From the NCBI GenBank assembly GCA_030147845.1, contig JASBUN010000041.1:34630-98629 (forward strand): a DNA stretch of 64,000 nt. Direction: 5' to 3'. The stretch is from Gammaproteobacteria bacterium. Lineage in GTDB: Bacteria > Pseudomonadota > Gammaproteobacteria > JASBUN01. The notes under the pieces are model-generated. The model searched no databases and had not been told where the DNA came from. It saw only the letters and a program-made list of their open reading frames with translations. The translations under genes and the position numbers were made by a program. This document shows, piece after piece, positions 48,579 to 58,003 of this stretch (positions are counted from its first letter, which is position 1; each line of letters starts with the position of its first letter).

Positions 48579-51464
48579 ATGATGGCGCGCGGTTCGGAGT
48601 GGAGAAGATGGGACCTTCACGTCCATACGCCAGACACGGCGCTTGAGGACAATTACGGAAGCTGGGACGAGTATATCGCGGGTATAGTCGCCCAGAATGA
48701 AGTCCGGGTCATTGGCGTTACCGATTACTTCCTGTTTGATAATTACGGTAAGCTAAAGGGTCACCATGAAAGCGGTGCATTGCCCGAAATTGATCTGCTC
48801 ATCCCCAATATCGAGTTCCGCATAGCGCCGCCGACCGATAAAGCAACTGCTTTGAATATTCATCTACTGGTCTCGCCGGAGGACCCTAACCACCAGCAAG
48901 AGATTCATAATGCACTCGCCCGGCTGACATGGGAGTATGGCGGCAAGAATTATTCGTGCATTCGTGACCAACTGATTGATCTTGGAAAAGCGTACGATCC
49001 CACTAAGACAGAAGAAAAGGGCGCACTCGCGGTTGGCGTTACGCAGTTCAAAATTGACTTTTCCAGTTTTCGAAATTGGTTTAAAAGAGAGCCCTGGATC
49101 AGGGGCAATTCCATTATCGTAGCGGCAGCAGGTGATGACGGTCTCTCGGGTTTTTATACCGACGGCGGATGGGCAGGCTGGCGCGAAGAAATCACAAGGT
49201 TTAGTCCTGCGCTATTTTGCGGCCGTCCGGGTGAACGCGACTTCTGGCTCTGCCGTACAACAGAAGAGCATAAAGAAACCGTAATGAAACTGGGAGGGAT
49301 GAAGCCGTGCCTGCACGGTTCCGATGCGCACGGCATGGACAAACTTTTCAAACCTGATCAGGACCGGTATTGCTGGATCAAGGCGGATACGACATTTGAC
49401 GGGCTCAAGCAGGTCCTTTACGAACCTGAAACCCGCGTCCATATCGGTCCGACAGAGCCGGTCTATCATGATGAATCCCGTGTCATCCGCAATATCCGAT
49501 TGTCCGGCTCGGACGGATGGTTTGATGATATAGAAATTCCGCTTAATGCCGGGCTGGTGTCCATCATCGGGCAAAAAGGCTCGGGTAAATCCGCATTGGC
49601 CGAAGTAACGGCCTTTGCTGCCGGAAGCTGGGCGACTGATGAAAAGGGCAGCTTTTTACGCCGCGCTGGCGGACTACTTAATGGCATGCAAGTCGAGCTT
49701 GAATGGTGCGATGGTGAAACAACGTCGGCAGTGCTTGGCGAAGAGCAGTCAGATGATTGTGCCGTGCGCTACCTGTCACAAAAATTTGTAGAGCATTTAT
49801 GTTCTGATGACCGGCTCGGCGACGAGCTTGTCAATGAAATAGAAAATGTCATCTTTTCCTATATTGACGAGAGTGAAAAGCTCAATGCCTCGTCATTTAA
49901 AGAACTCCGGGCAATAAAGACTGAAGGAACCCTCGCACAAGGGCAACGTCTTAGCGACGATATCAAACGCCTCATTGCCGAAGATTGTGAACTGCGCGAC
50001 AAAGCCCGTGCGCTGCCCGAAAAAAAATCGCGGATCAAGACGCTCGCCGATGAGAGGGCGGGGCTTGTCAAACAGATGCCAAAGGCCAGTACACCGGAAG
50101 AGCAAAAAACCCAGCAAGCCTTACAGCAGGCACGTACCACCCTGGCTGGCTTGCAAAAATCGGCAGGAGAAGACAAACAAAAGTTACAGAAGATCAAGAA
50201 TATCAGAACTGAAATCACGTCCTTTGAAACACGTATGCAACGGTTCTATGACGAACTGGAACCGGACCTCATCGAAGTCGATGTTCCACAGGAAAAGCGT
50301 GCGCGTTACAAGCCGGCATTTCCAGGAGAAACAGAGCCACCGCTTGCCGCGCGTGAAACGGCTATCAAAGCCACTATTAATACAAGGCTTGGCACAGAAG
50401 ACGCGCCTGCTTCCGGAACTATCCGCGCCATACAAAAAGAAATCGAAGCTTTGAGCAAGATAGACACTGCTGACAAGGCGCGAGCCAAACGGATTGAAGA
50501 AATCCAAAAACGCATTGCAGCGATTGATACCGAGACGGAAAGGCTCAACAAAGAAATCGAGCAGATTGAAGGTCCTGATAGAAATCGCGTCGGCGCCATC
50601 GGGACAGAACGCATGACGACCTATCGCACCTATTTCGAAAACCTCAAGGACGAGCATGCAACGCTTGCGGAATTGTACTCGCCGATCACGGCCCGTATTC
50701 AATCGGACGCTTCATTATCACAGGAACAAGCTCTCGAATTTTCCATTCGCTGGGAAGTCGATCTTGATACGTGGTTGACACGCGGCGAAGGCCTTTTCGA
50801 TCAGCGCCGGACCATTCCGTATAACACTATGGCCGGACTTAGAAAGGCAGCCCAAGAAAAACTCGTCCCCGCTTGGGCTTCGGGCGATCCCGACCAGATA
50901 AAACCTGCCATGGACGAATTTTTAACCGCGTTTCGGGACAAGAAGTTGCCGCCTTCACAATATATGCGCACAGGAATCACCGTGCAGGACTTGTTCGACT
51001 GGCTTTACGAGACGGAACATATCCGGCTGAGTTACGGCCTCAAATATAACGGTACAGAGCTTGAAAAACTCTCGCCCGGAACAAAGGGGATCGTTCTACT
51101 TATTCTATATCTCGGTATGGACGTGTCGGATTCACGGCCACTGATTGTCGACCAGCCGGACGAAAACCTCGATAACGAGTCGATTTACGAGTTGCTTACC
51201 GGGTACTTCAAAGCGGCAAAGTCAAGGCGGCAGATTATCCTGATTACCCACAACCCCAACCTTGTTGTAAACGCGGATTCAGAACAAGTCATTATCGCGA
51301 CCTGCGCGCGGCGTGAAAATGGCTTGCCGCATATCACCTATGAAGCGGGCGCGCTTGAAAATCCGCGTATCAGGGCACAGGTCTGTCGCATTCTGGAAGG
51401 CGGCACGACGGCCTTTCGCAAGCGTGAAAAACGCTACGCGCTTAATGCTGCCCAGTCGGTATAA
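48579..51464 (+). CDS. PHP-domain phosphoesterase fused to a Rad50/SMC-like ABC ATPase with long coiled-coil insert
   Basis: PHP motifs WDLHVHTP, GVTDY and LHGSDAH. Walker A GQKGSGKSA and Q-loop RYLSQKF. About 300 aa of E/K/Q/L-rich coiled-coil sequence. Signature-like LSPGTKG, Walker B LIVDQPDENLD and H-loop ILITHNPN. GGAGG at 48566-48570 lies 8 nt before the ATG. Confidence 0.8.
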   Translation: MMARGSEWRRWDLHVHTPDTALEDNYGSWDEYIAGIVAQNEVRVIGVTDYFLFDNYGKLKGHHESGALPEIDLLIPNIEFRIAPPTDKATALNIHLLVSPEDPNHQQEIHNALARLTWEYGGKNYSCIRDQLIDLGKAYDPTKTEEKGALAVGVTQFKIDFSSFRNWFKREPWIRGNSIIVAAAGDDGLSGFYTDGGWAGWREEITRFSPALFCGRPGERDFWLCRTTEEHKETVMKLGGMKPCLHGSDAHGMDKLFKPDQDRYCWIKADTTFDGLKQVLYEPETRVHIGPTEPVYHDESRVIRNIRLSGSDGWFDDIEIPLNAGLVSIIGQKGSGKSALAEVTAFAAGSWATDEKGSFLRRAGGLLNGMQVELEWCDGETTSAVLGEEQSDDCAVRYLSQKFVEHLCSDDRLGDELVNEIENVIFSYIDESEKLNASSFKELRAIKTEGTLAQGQRLSDDIKRLIAEDCELRDKARALPEKKSRIKTLADERAGLVKQMPKASTPEEQKTQQALQQARTTLAGLQKSAGEDKQKLQKIKNIRTEITSFETRMQRFYDELEPDLIEVDVPQEKRARYKPAFPGETEPPLAARETAIKATINTRLGTEDAPASGTIRAIQKEIEALSKIDTADKARAKRIEEIQKRIAAIDTETERLNKEIEQIEGPDRNRVGAIGTERMTTYRTYFENLKDEHATLAELYSPITARIQSDASLSQEQALEFSIRWEVDLDTWLTRGEGLFDQRRTIPYNTMAGLRKAAQEKLVPAWASGDPDQIKPAMDEFLTAFRDKKLPPSQYMRTGITVQDLFDWLYETEHIRLSYGLKYNGTELEKLSPGTKGIVLLILYLGMDVSDSRPLIVDQPDENLDNESIYELLTGYFKAAKSRRQIILITHNPNLVVNADSEQVIIATCARRENGLPHITYEAGALENPRIRAQVCRILEGGTTAFRKREKRYALNAAQSV

Positions 51465-51600
51465 AGTCTGTCCAAGAATACATTCTTTTCATAAGGATTT
51501 GTGAAGACCATCGGCATGGAATGAAGGTTTATGGGTTGACCGTTTAGGGCAATGCGTAACTACCTTGCACTTTAACGAATATATTTAGATTTTGATTTTA

Positions 51601-54600
51601 ATGGATGATCTAAACAAGCAAATACCGCCGCCAAAATCATGGATGGATTTTGAGAATCTATGCCATGGCCTTTTTAGTGCAATCTGGAGTGATCCTTATG
51701 CCCAAAAGAACGGCAGGAGTGGCCAGCCGCAACACGGTGTAGACGTTTTCGGATCGAAAAATCAGGAGTATGGCGTTTACGATGGTGTCCAATGCAAAGG
51801 CAAAAACGCCAATTATGGTAGTCAAGCAGATATAGAGGAAATCGAACAGGAAATCGCGAAAGCGGAGAAGTTTTCTCCGGATCTGCGTCACTGGATATAT
51901 GCGACGACTGCGCCCGTAGATTCCAAGTTACAAGAAGCCGCGCGAGAGATTTCGAAAGCGCGGGCGGCCAAGAATCAGTTTACCGTCTCTGTATTCGGAT
52001 GGGAGCAAATAGAATTCTTGCTGTGTAAGCATAAAGAGGTTTTGCGTGCCTTTTATCCCGAATTGGGATTTGATCCAAACGCCTTCATTGAAGAGCTTCG
52101 TAAACAACTTCAATCAGAAATATCCGATCTCACGTGTTTTCTTTCCTCTGCCACGACAAAAGAGGAGCAAAGCCGAAGCATTGTGGGCGATCCTGTGTGG
52201 GTCCCCGTAAAGTTCGGCCAGGGGCGCGGACTCGGGCCAGCCCTCATGGGCCGCTCGATGAGCGCGAGTGACGCCATTTCGTGTCCACAACTACCGGAAG
52301 TATCCGGAGTCATTGCTGACTTATCGCGTGCCTATGCATCGCGCATTGTTGGAGAGCCTGGCTCAGGAAAATCGCTTTCTGCCTTCCAGGCGATGAGACA
52401 CTTTGCCTCCGCAGGGTGGCAGATTTACAAGCTCGTCGATCCGCGCCGACAGGATATAAACATTCCTGATAAATCGAACGGTAGCAAAATACTTCTCTTT
52501 ATCGATGATGCTCACATCATCGATGAATCCCGTCTCAAATTGCTTGAAGAGAAGACCGGGCCGGATCTGTATGTTCTTTCAACCCACAATTCCGAAGACG
52601 GGCGCACATCCTTCCGCAATGCGATTGCTATTGATAGCAGCAGGGCCGTAACGGTAATTGCGAATGCGCTCATGCGCGATCCCCACAGGACGTTAGGAGA
52701 GGTCAGTAAAGTCGATAAGGATGTCGGTGAAAAGATGATGGATATCGGTCTTGAGGACCGCATAAGTGATGCACGGGAACGGGCGAATTGCCCATGGCAG
52801 TTTTGTTTCATTCTTGGTGGTGGCTGGCGTAGAGCAAGTGAATTAGCTGATGCTGCGCGGCACGCAAAGGCCGATATCATTCTTGCAGGTCTTGCGTGCC
52901 GTCAGTTGATATCCAGAGATGAACCTCTCGAAATCGAAGTTGCTCTAAAGCTCCTGTCTTGTGCCGGTATTGATGAAAAATCGGTCAATAACAGTATAGA
53001 TTGGCTCGTATCGCAGCGGTTGCTACTTTCAAGGGAAGATCTGAGAACACCGCATCAGCGATTTTCCGCCATCGTTCTCGGCAAGATTCTTCAAGGTCAG
53101 GATTTACCTGGCAGGGACACAATTGGAAAGCTTCTGCAGCACATGCTCAGAGATGAGTCCTATTCACTTGCAGGAAAGCGCATGCTGCTTCATGAATTGC
53201 GGTTTCAGGGCAATTATGGACGGTGGGCATATCTTGTGCCCGCAGACACACTTGGTGGTGATCTCGCAAAATGCTGGCAGGCAAGTAGCGCGGAAGAAAG
53301 ACTCCACGCCTGCTATTTTCTGAGTGAACTGGATTGCTACTATAATGGCTGGCCGGAGGCGTTGTTTAAAGACCACGAACAAGTTATTGCCGACTGGATT
53401 TCCGCTCCCCAAACACCTGTAGGGTGGGGGCTGGCCCGTCTCATACACGGAATTGGTAACCAGCATCGGGAATATATTTCTTCAATCATTGAAAAAGCCG
53501 ATCCGCTCTGCATAGCCCGAGTGGTGAATAATGTTGATGTTGATAGTACGGCCCATCTTGGGGAACTTGTCGGTGCCCTTGGCTATGTAAGGAACACGGA
53601 TTGGCACCGCGAATTTGCTTCCAAACTAGATAGAGATGCCTTACTAAATTTACCTGGACACTGGCCGGATGGTGAGGACCTCTGGGCTTTTGCCAAGTTG
53701 TGTCAAGCGCTTGACGGAGTGGACGAGAGTCTCGGACTGGACCTGGCTGCAAAGTTTATTCCCGTGGCCCAAAAAGCATATGACCGCGATCCGGTAGAAG
53801 CGTTTCACTTTCTGCACGACATGAATATGTCAGTGTTGAGGATTTACGATCCATTAGGCATTTATGTCGGGAAATTGGGTCCAAGAAATCGTCATCGCCA
53901 GATCGCCCGCCAAATGTTTAAGGAGATCAATGTCCAAAAGCTGGCATATCAGATATCTGAAACCCGGCTCCGCGATATGCAGTCCGCAGCAGGCCTTCTA
54001 TCGATGTTGCACAACGTTTCACCCGCAAAATATGAAAAGGTTATTGATGGTATAGATTGGAACTGCATTGCTGAAACCATCGGGCATCATTGGGACAACC
54101 TACCACATGAGGCGGAAGTGTTTCTTGGTGTTTGCTATGGGGCCGAACCCTCGCGTCACAAGCTGGACGGGCTCATCCTTGATAATCTTGAGAGGATACG
54201 GCTTTTCCCGCCCCGTATTGCTATCGTGAGCCCCGATGCAGCAATTCGTCACGTTGAGGCGGGAAAGGAAATCCGTATTGCGCAGCACGATCATGTCGAT
54301 TGGACATTTGGCCCAGTTGTCCTCGCATTGTTTGATGAAAGGAAGCCAGAACGACTAGAGTCCGCGGTGCAGAGTGCGGAGGCCACCGCAAGCAAGACGT
54401 TTTCGCAGAGAAACCATAGCTGGTTTAAAGACGCGTATGAGTACATCAATATCTTGAATAAAGTAGCGCCAAAAAGTTTGGAGCGAATTCTGGATGGTGT
54501 GGATGTTTCCGGTGCTTCGGAAGGGTGGGCTGATTCCTTGAAGAAGGGAGGAGGCCCAGCCAAGACAGTGGCATTTCTAATTGCGCGCAGCCTTAAGCGC

Positions 54601-54681
54601 GAAGACAAGCTTGGAGAGCTTGCGCAATCATTAAGAAAGCGTTTCCCGCGTAAATCCGTCCTACCGAAAAATAATTCGTGA
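51601..54681 (+). CDS. Mrr-like PD-(D/E)XK nuclease domain + P-loop NTPase + large C-terminal helical region (STAND/Avs-like architecture)
   Basis: N-terminus FENLCHGLFSAIW...GVDVFG...GVQCKG follows the Mrr catalytic-domain pattern (D...QxK). Walker A GEPGSGKS and Walker B ILLFIDDAH. About 650 further residues carry no recognised motif. ATG 51601 is preferred to TTG 51592. Confidence 0.75.
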   Translation: MDDLNKQIPPPKSWMDFENLCHGLFSAIWSDPYAQKNGRSGQPQHGVDVFGSKNQEYGVYDGVQCKGKNANYGSQADIEEIEQEIAKAEKFSPDLRHWIYATTAPVDSKLQEAAREISKARAAKNQFTVSVFGWEQIEFLLCKHKEVLRAFYPELGFDPNAFIEELRKQLQSEISDLTCFLSSATTKEEQSRSIVGDPVWVPVKFGQGRGLGPALMGRSMSASDAISCPQLPEVSGVIADLSRAYASRIVGEPGSGKSLSAFQAMRHFASAGWQIYKLVDPRRQDINIPDKSNGSKILLFIDDAHIIDESRLKLLEEKTGPDLYVLSTHNSEDGRTSFRNAIAIDSSRAVTVIANALMRDPHRTLGEVSKVDKDVGEKMMDIGLEDRISDARERANCPWQFCFILGGGWRRASELADAARHAKADIILAGLACRQLISRDEPLEIEVALKLLSCAGIDEKSVNNSIDWLVSQRLLLSREDLRTPHQRFSAIVLGKILQGQDLPGRDTIGKLLQHMLRDESYSLAGKRMLLHELRFQGNYGRWAYLVPADTLGGDLAKCWQASSAEERLHACYFLSELDCYYNGWPEALFKDHEQVIADWISAPQTPVGWGLARLIHGIGNQHREYISSIIEKADPLCIARVVNNVDVDSTAHLGELVGALGYVRNTDWHREFASKLDRDALLNLPGHWPDGEDLWAFAKLCQALDGVDESLGLDLAAKFIPVAQKAYDRDPVEAFHFLHDMNMSVLRIYDPLGIYVGKLGPRNRHRQIARQMFKEINVQKLAYQISETRLRDMQSAAGLLSMLHNVSPAKYEKVIDGIDWNCIAETIGHHWDNLPHEAEVFLGVCYGAEPSRHKLDGLILDNLERIRLFPPRIAIVSPDAAIRHVEAGKEIRIAQHDHVDWTFGPVVLALFDERKPERLESAVQSAEATASKTFSQRNHSWFKDAYEYINILNKVAPKSLERILDGVDVSGASEGWADSLKKGGGPAKTVAFLIARSLKREDKLGELAQSLRKRFPRKSVLPKNNS

Positions 54682-55113
54682 GCGATAAGTAGTTCTGTTA
54701 TAGCAATTGTTTTCACTATTGCGCGGTATTCGCCTAACGACAAACGTTCTCTTATTGTTCTTGACTCTTGCGCGTGAATGAGTCATGAGTCGGTCATGGC
54801 TATCGAACCGGAGTATGGTAGTACCTTAAAGAGAAAGGCAAAGAATGAGCGTCAGTGACATCGATATCTACCTTACCGCCAATGTTGGCCTGGGGTCTTT
54901 GAATTTGGATTTTCTCAATGCCCGCTCCTGGCTTATTGCTGTCGTTGTCCGGTAATCAGCGATTGTCTCGACTAGGGTGGAAGTTAGCATTCGGGTTGTC
55001 TGAAATCGCCTCCCGCTAACATCCATTCATGGCCGTTCTGAACCACTGTCAGACGGATAGGGCGCGCGACCTCATTTGACAAGGTCTATCGCTCGAGTCT
55101 GAGCTCAAGCAGC

Positions 55114-55392
55114 TTATTGGTGACAAACAATCACATAAGCTGCCAGATTCTGCCGTTTTTCAATGAGAAGTTTTACCACGGCTTGAAGTTCCTCTGTTGT
55201 TTTTCCCGAGGCAAATGCATTTAACATGGTATCCACTTCATGGGCCAGCCAGCCGACAGAACGATTACCAAGGGAAACCCCAGGAGGGAACAAGCCTTCA
55301 CTGATTCGACGATAGAGGGTCGCGTGACTCATCCCGGTTCGATTTAACACCGCTGGTTTTCTTTCGATTCGGATTGCGTGATGCTCAGACAT
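55114..55392 (-). CDS. alpA: AlpA-family phage/island transcriptional regulator (HTH)
   Basis: LNRTGMSHATLYRRISEGLFPPGVSLGNRSVGWLAHEVDTML matches the AlpA pattern. Confidence 0.85.
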   Translation of the reverse strand: MSEHHAIRIERKPAVLNRTGMSHATLYRRISEGLFPPGVSLGNRSVGWLAHEVDTMLNAFASGKTTEELQAVVKLLIEKRQNLAAYVIVCHQ

Positions 55393-55748
55393 ACGCGATG
55401 AATACAGGCTGGTGTGCGATTGTCGGGTGCTTCATGGGTTCACGTGCTCCACCGTGCTTTGATACACAGTTCATACTAACGGTGAGTCGTGCGAGAAAAA
55501 CCTGGGAAAGCGGGCAGACCGGGGCGGGCTTTCGTCATTGAAATCGCGCCGGTGCGTGTCGATGAGCGGCGGCGATTACAGATACTTTTTGAAGTACGCC
55601 ACGCTCACAAGCACGGAGAGGCCTTGACGCTTCTGTCGTAAGTCTTTGGTGTGATGGAGTGGGCCCGGACCAGCGGGCACCGTGATCTTCGGGTACTGCA
55701 GAATGTCAATTATGCACCATCAGTGAAAGACCTGTCCGAAAAGCTCGA

Positions 55749-56015
55749 CTAGGCAACCCGGTTCTCCTGATGTTTCTCAGTCCAGGCAATCACTTCCTTG
55801 GCCTTCCACAAGGGTTGCCCGCGGCGTTTACTGCCGGCGACTGGCAACCTGATGGCCTGGGGAAACCCGGGGAGAGCAGTGATGCGGTCACGAACGACCG
55901 ATTCGGAGCGCTTCAAATAAGCGGCGATCTCTTTCACCGTCCATAAGTCCACCGTAATCGGGATACGCGGGGAAAGGTTGTTGATCGCATCCAGTAGTAT
56001 TTCGATCTGATTCAT
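55749..56015 (-). CDS. Excisionase-like HTH DNA-binding protein
   Basis: WTVKEIAAYLKRSESVVRDRI...PLWKAKEVIAWTE is typical of small MerR/excisionase-type HTH proteins in mobile elements. Confidence 0.65.
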   Translation of the reverse strand: MNQIEILLDAINNLSPRIPITVDLWTVKEIAAYLKRSESVVRDRITALPGFPQAIRLPVAGSKRRGQPLWKAKEVIAWTEKHQENRVA

Positions 56016-56414
56016 ACTTGTTCCATGGCTTCATCGTTTTCGATGCAATGATTGTATTGGCCTGGTCACAAGGGAATTAGGTCGAAACCCCGGATCCAGC
56101 AGCGGCTTTTCCGCGTATTTTTCGGTACGCGCCGTCCTTCCAGCCGTCTAGTTCACACATACCGGTCGCAGCGTTACTAATAAAGCAGGAAAGCGACTCT
56201 AGAGGGACGTGCTTTCGGAGACGTTTATTTTTGTCCAGGCCACTAACATCCGAAGGGAAGAAATTCATGAAGGAGAAAGTGGTGAAAATCGAACTTTGCA
56301 GTGGCAACCAGCCGTATTTGAATCATGTTTGCGACATCGCACGTAAAGATCCCACTATCGCTTCGCTTCCGCGGGCAACGCCATCCAATCTGGCTTTCCT
56401 ATAGGGTACCGCCA

Positions 56415-57998
56415 ATGGCTAGCCAAGACTCTAGCGCCATGCAGGAACCGGGCATTCGTGACGCGGCCACGACAATCATGCTGGATGTGTGTCGTATCAA
56501 GCCCTATGAACGCAATCCGCGTCGCAGCGAGAATCCGGAATACGATCGCATCAAGGCCTCCATCCGTGCCAATGGCATTGATCAGCCCTTGGTAGTCACG
56601 TGTCGACCCGGCGAAACCGACTACGTCGTCGGTGCCGGCGGCAACACGCGGTTGCACATCCTGCAGGCGTTGTACCAGCAAACGGGTGACGAGCGATTCC
56701 AGTGGGTCGATTGCCTGTTCAAGCCGTGGCGTGAAGAGTCGGATGTGCTGCTGGCACATTTAAGGGAAAACGATCTGCGCGGTGGACTGAGTTTCATCGA
56801 CAAGGCGCAGGCCGTCTTCGAAGCCAAACAACTTCTCGAAGAGGAAATGGGCAACGATAGCCTTTCGCAGCGACGCCTCGAAACGATACTTCGAGATCGC
56901 GGCTACAGCTTGAGTCACGGGCTGATCTCCCAGATGGGCTACGCTGTTCACACCTTGCTCCCGGTGATTCCCCAGGCGCTGAAGTCGGGTCTCGGCCGAC
57001 CGCAGGTGGAGCGGATTCGTGCGCTGGACAGGGCCGCGCGCGCCCTCTGGAAAAAACGCAAGCTGGGTGATGACGAATCCTTCGATGCAGTGTTCGCGGC
57101 ATTGTGTGAACGATACGACGGTCCCGAGTGGGATCTCGAACTGTTGCGCAATGCCATTGAGATTGAGGTTGCGGAAGAGCTCGAGGTGAGCATCCAGGCC
57201 ATTCGTGTTGAACTGGACGCGCACCTTTTAGGGCGCGAGATCGAAACCCCAATCCTTGAGAACGATCATGACGCGGATACACCAGAAGAAAGAGCGCCTT
57301 CTTTTAATGCCATTACGACAAAAGCAAAAAGTGCTGCCGAGGAAAAGATACTTGGTGACTCACGCGGCAACAACGCGGATAAGGCATCCAAGGGTGAAGT
57401 GCCTCCACCGCAACGACCATCGCTTGTCATCGCGCCAGATCCATCGGAGGAAGACTCAGAGGAGCAGCCGGCTAACCCTATAGAGTCAGAGGCGGGTTTC
57501 ATCGCAAGTTCGATCACGCCCAGCCAACTCGCTTCCACGGATCTCAAATCATTGCGTGCTCGGGCCTGGACGCTGGCGGCTCGTCTCGCGCAACGCAACG
57601 GCATCGGCGGCCTGGTCGCGCCGCTGTCCGGCAAGGGACTCGGGTTCATCCTCCGCGACGTACCGGATTCCTCGTTGGCCGAACAGTTGGACGCCGACAC
57701 GCTTGGCCAGGTCTCCATGTTGTGGTGGCACCTGGCGGCTTGTGCGGAGATGACCGTGGCACCACTGGATGCCGTTATCGCCACCTTGTCTGACGACTCG
57801 ATCCTGCGCCAGGCGCTCGAGAACCAGGATGCCGGCCTGCTCTTCAACAGTGTCTGGACCCTCGACCCGGGACATACCGGCTATCGGCTGTGGCGCCAAC
57901 TCGGCGACCAGGACTGGCAGGACTTGCTCAACCTGATGGATACCTACCGCCGCATACATCGTGCGGCGGAGGCCTCGCAGGTCCGGCTCTGGGAGTAG
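56415..57998 (+). CDS. ParB-like nuclease-domain protein (ICE type)
   Basis: IKPYERNPRRSENPEYDRIKASIRANGIDQPLVV and VVGAGGNTRLHIL give the ParB/Srx-fold N-terminal pattern. ATG 56415 lies in the track ORF frame. Confidence 0.8.
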   Translation: MASQDSSAMQEPGIRDAATTIMLDVCRIKPYERNPRRSENPEYDRIKASIRANGIDQPLVVTCRPGETDYVVGAGGNTRLHILQALYQQTGDERFQWVDCLFKPWREESDVLLAHLRENDLRGGLSFIDKAQAVFEAKQLLEEEMGNDSLSQRRLETILRDRGYSLSHGLISQMGYAVHTLLPVIPQALKSGLGRPQVERIRALDRAARALWKKRKLGDDESFDAVFAALCERYDGPEWDLELLRNAIEIEVAEELEVSIQAIRVELDAHLLGREIETPILENDHDADTPEERAPSFNAITTKAKSAAEEKILGDSRGNNADKASKGEVPPPQRPSLVIAPDPSEEDSEEQPANPIESEAGFIASSITPSQLASTDLKSLRARAWTLAARLAQRNGIGGLVAPLSGKGLGFILRDVPDSSLAEQLDADTLGQVSMLWWHLAACAEMTVAPLDAVIATLSDDSILRQALENQDAGLLFNSVWTLDPGHTGYRLWRQLGDQDWQDLLNLMDTYRRIHRAAEASQVRLWE

Positions 57999-58003
57999 GC
58001 TCG

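Larger units (their letters stand above)
46800..55400. mobile_element. Integrase-proximal genomic island segment (P4-type integrase, low-GC cargo, alpA); boundaries approximate
   Basis: Contains a tyrosine integrase and an AlpA-type regulator. Composition shifts sharply: counted G+C is 28/60 at 47101-47160, 23/60 at 51601-51660 and 30/60 at 53101-53160, versus 47/60 at 44401-44460 and 36/60 at 58021-58080. Confidence 0.7.

Noticed and set aside
54845-54955. 36-codon ORF (MSVSDIDIYLTANVGLGSLNLDFLNARSWLIAVVVR) in the gap after the second cargo gene.
   Set aside because: Weak ribosome-binding context, no recognisable family, and a length below what can be supported without conservation data.
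55565-55705. Minus-strand stop-bounded frame ending ...LQYPKITVPAGPGPLHHTKDLRQKRQGLSVLVSVAYFKKYL, considered as a gene remnant marking a junction between two elements.
   Set aside because: It has no start codon, is under 50 codons, and has no recognisable homology by eye. It is mentioned only as context for the tandem-element hypothesis.
56077-56307. Track ORF 56077..56307 (-, 76 aa) and a 45-codon plus-strand ORF from 56267, both upstream of the ParB-like gene.
   Set aside because: They are mutually overlapping alternatives with no motif and poor start context. I could not choose between them or support either.
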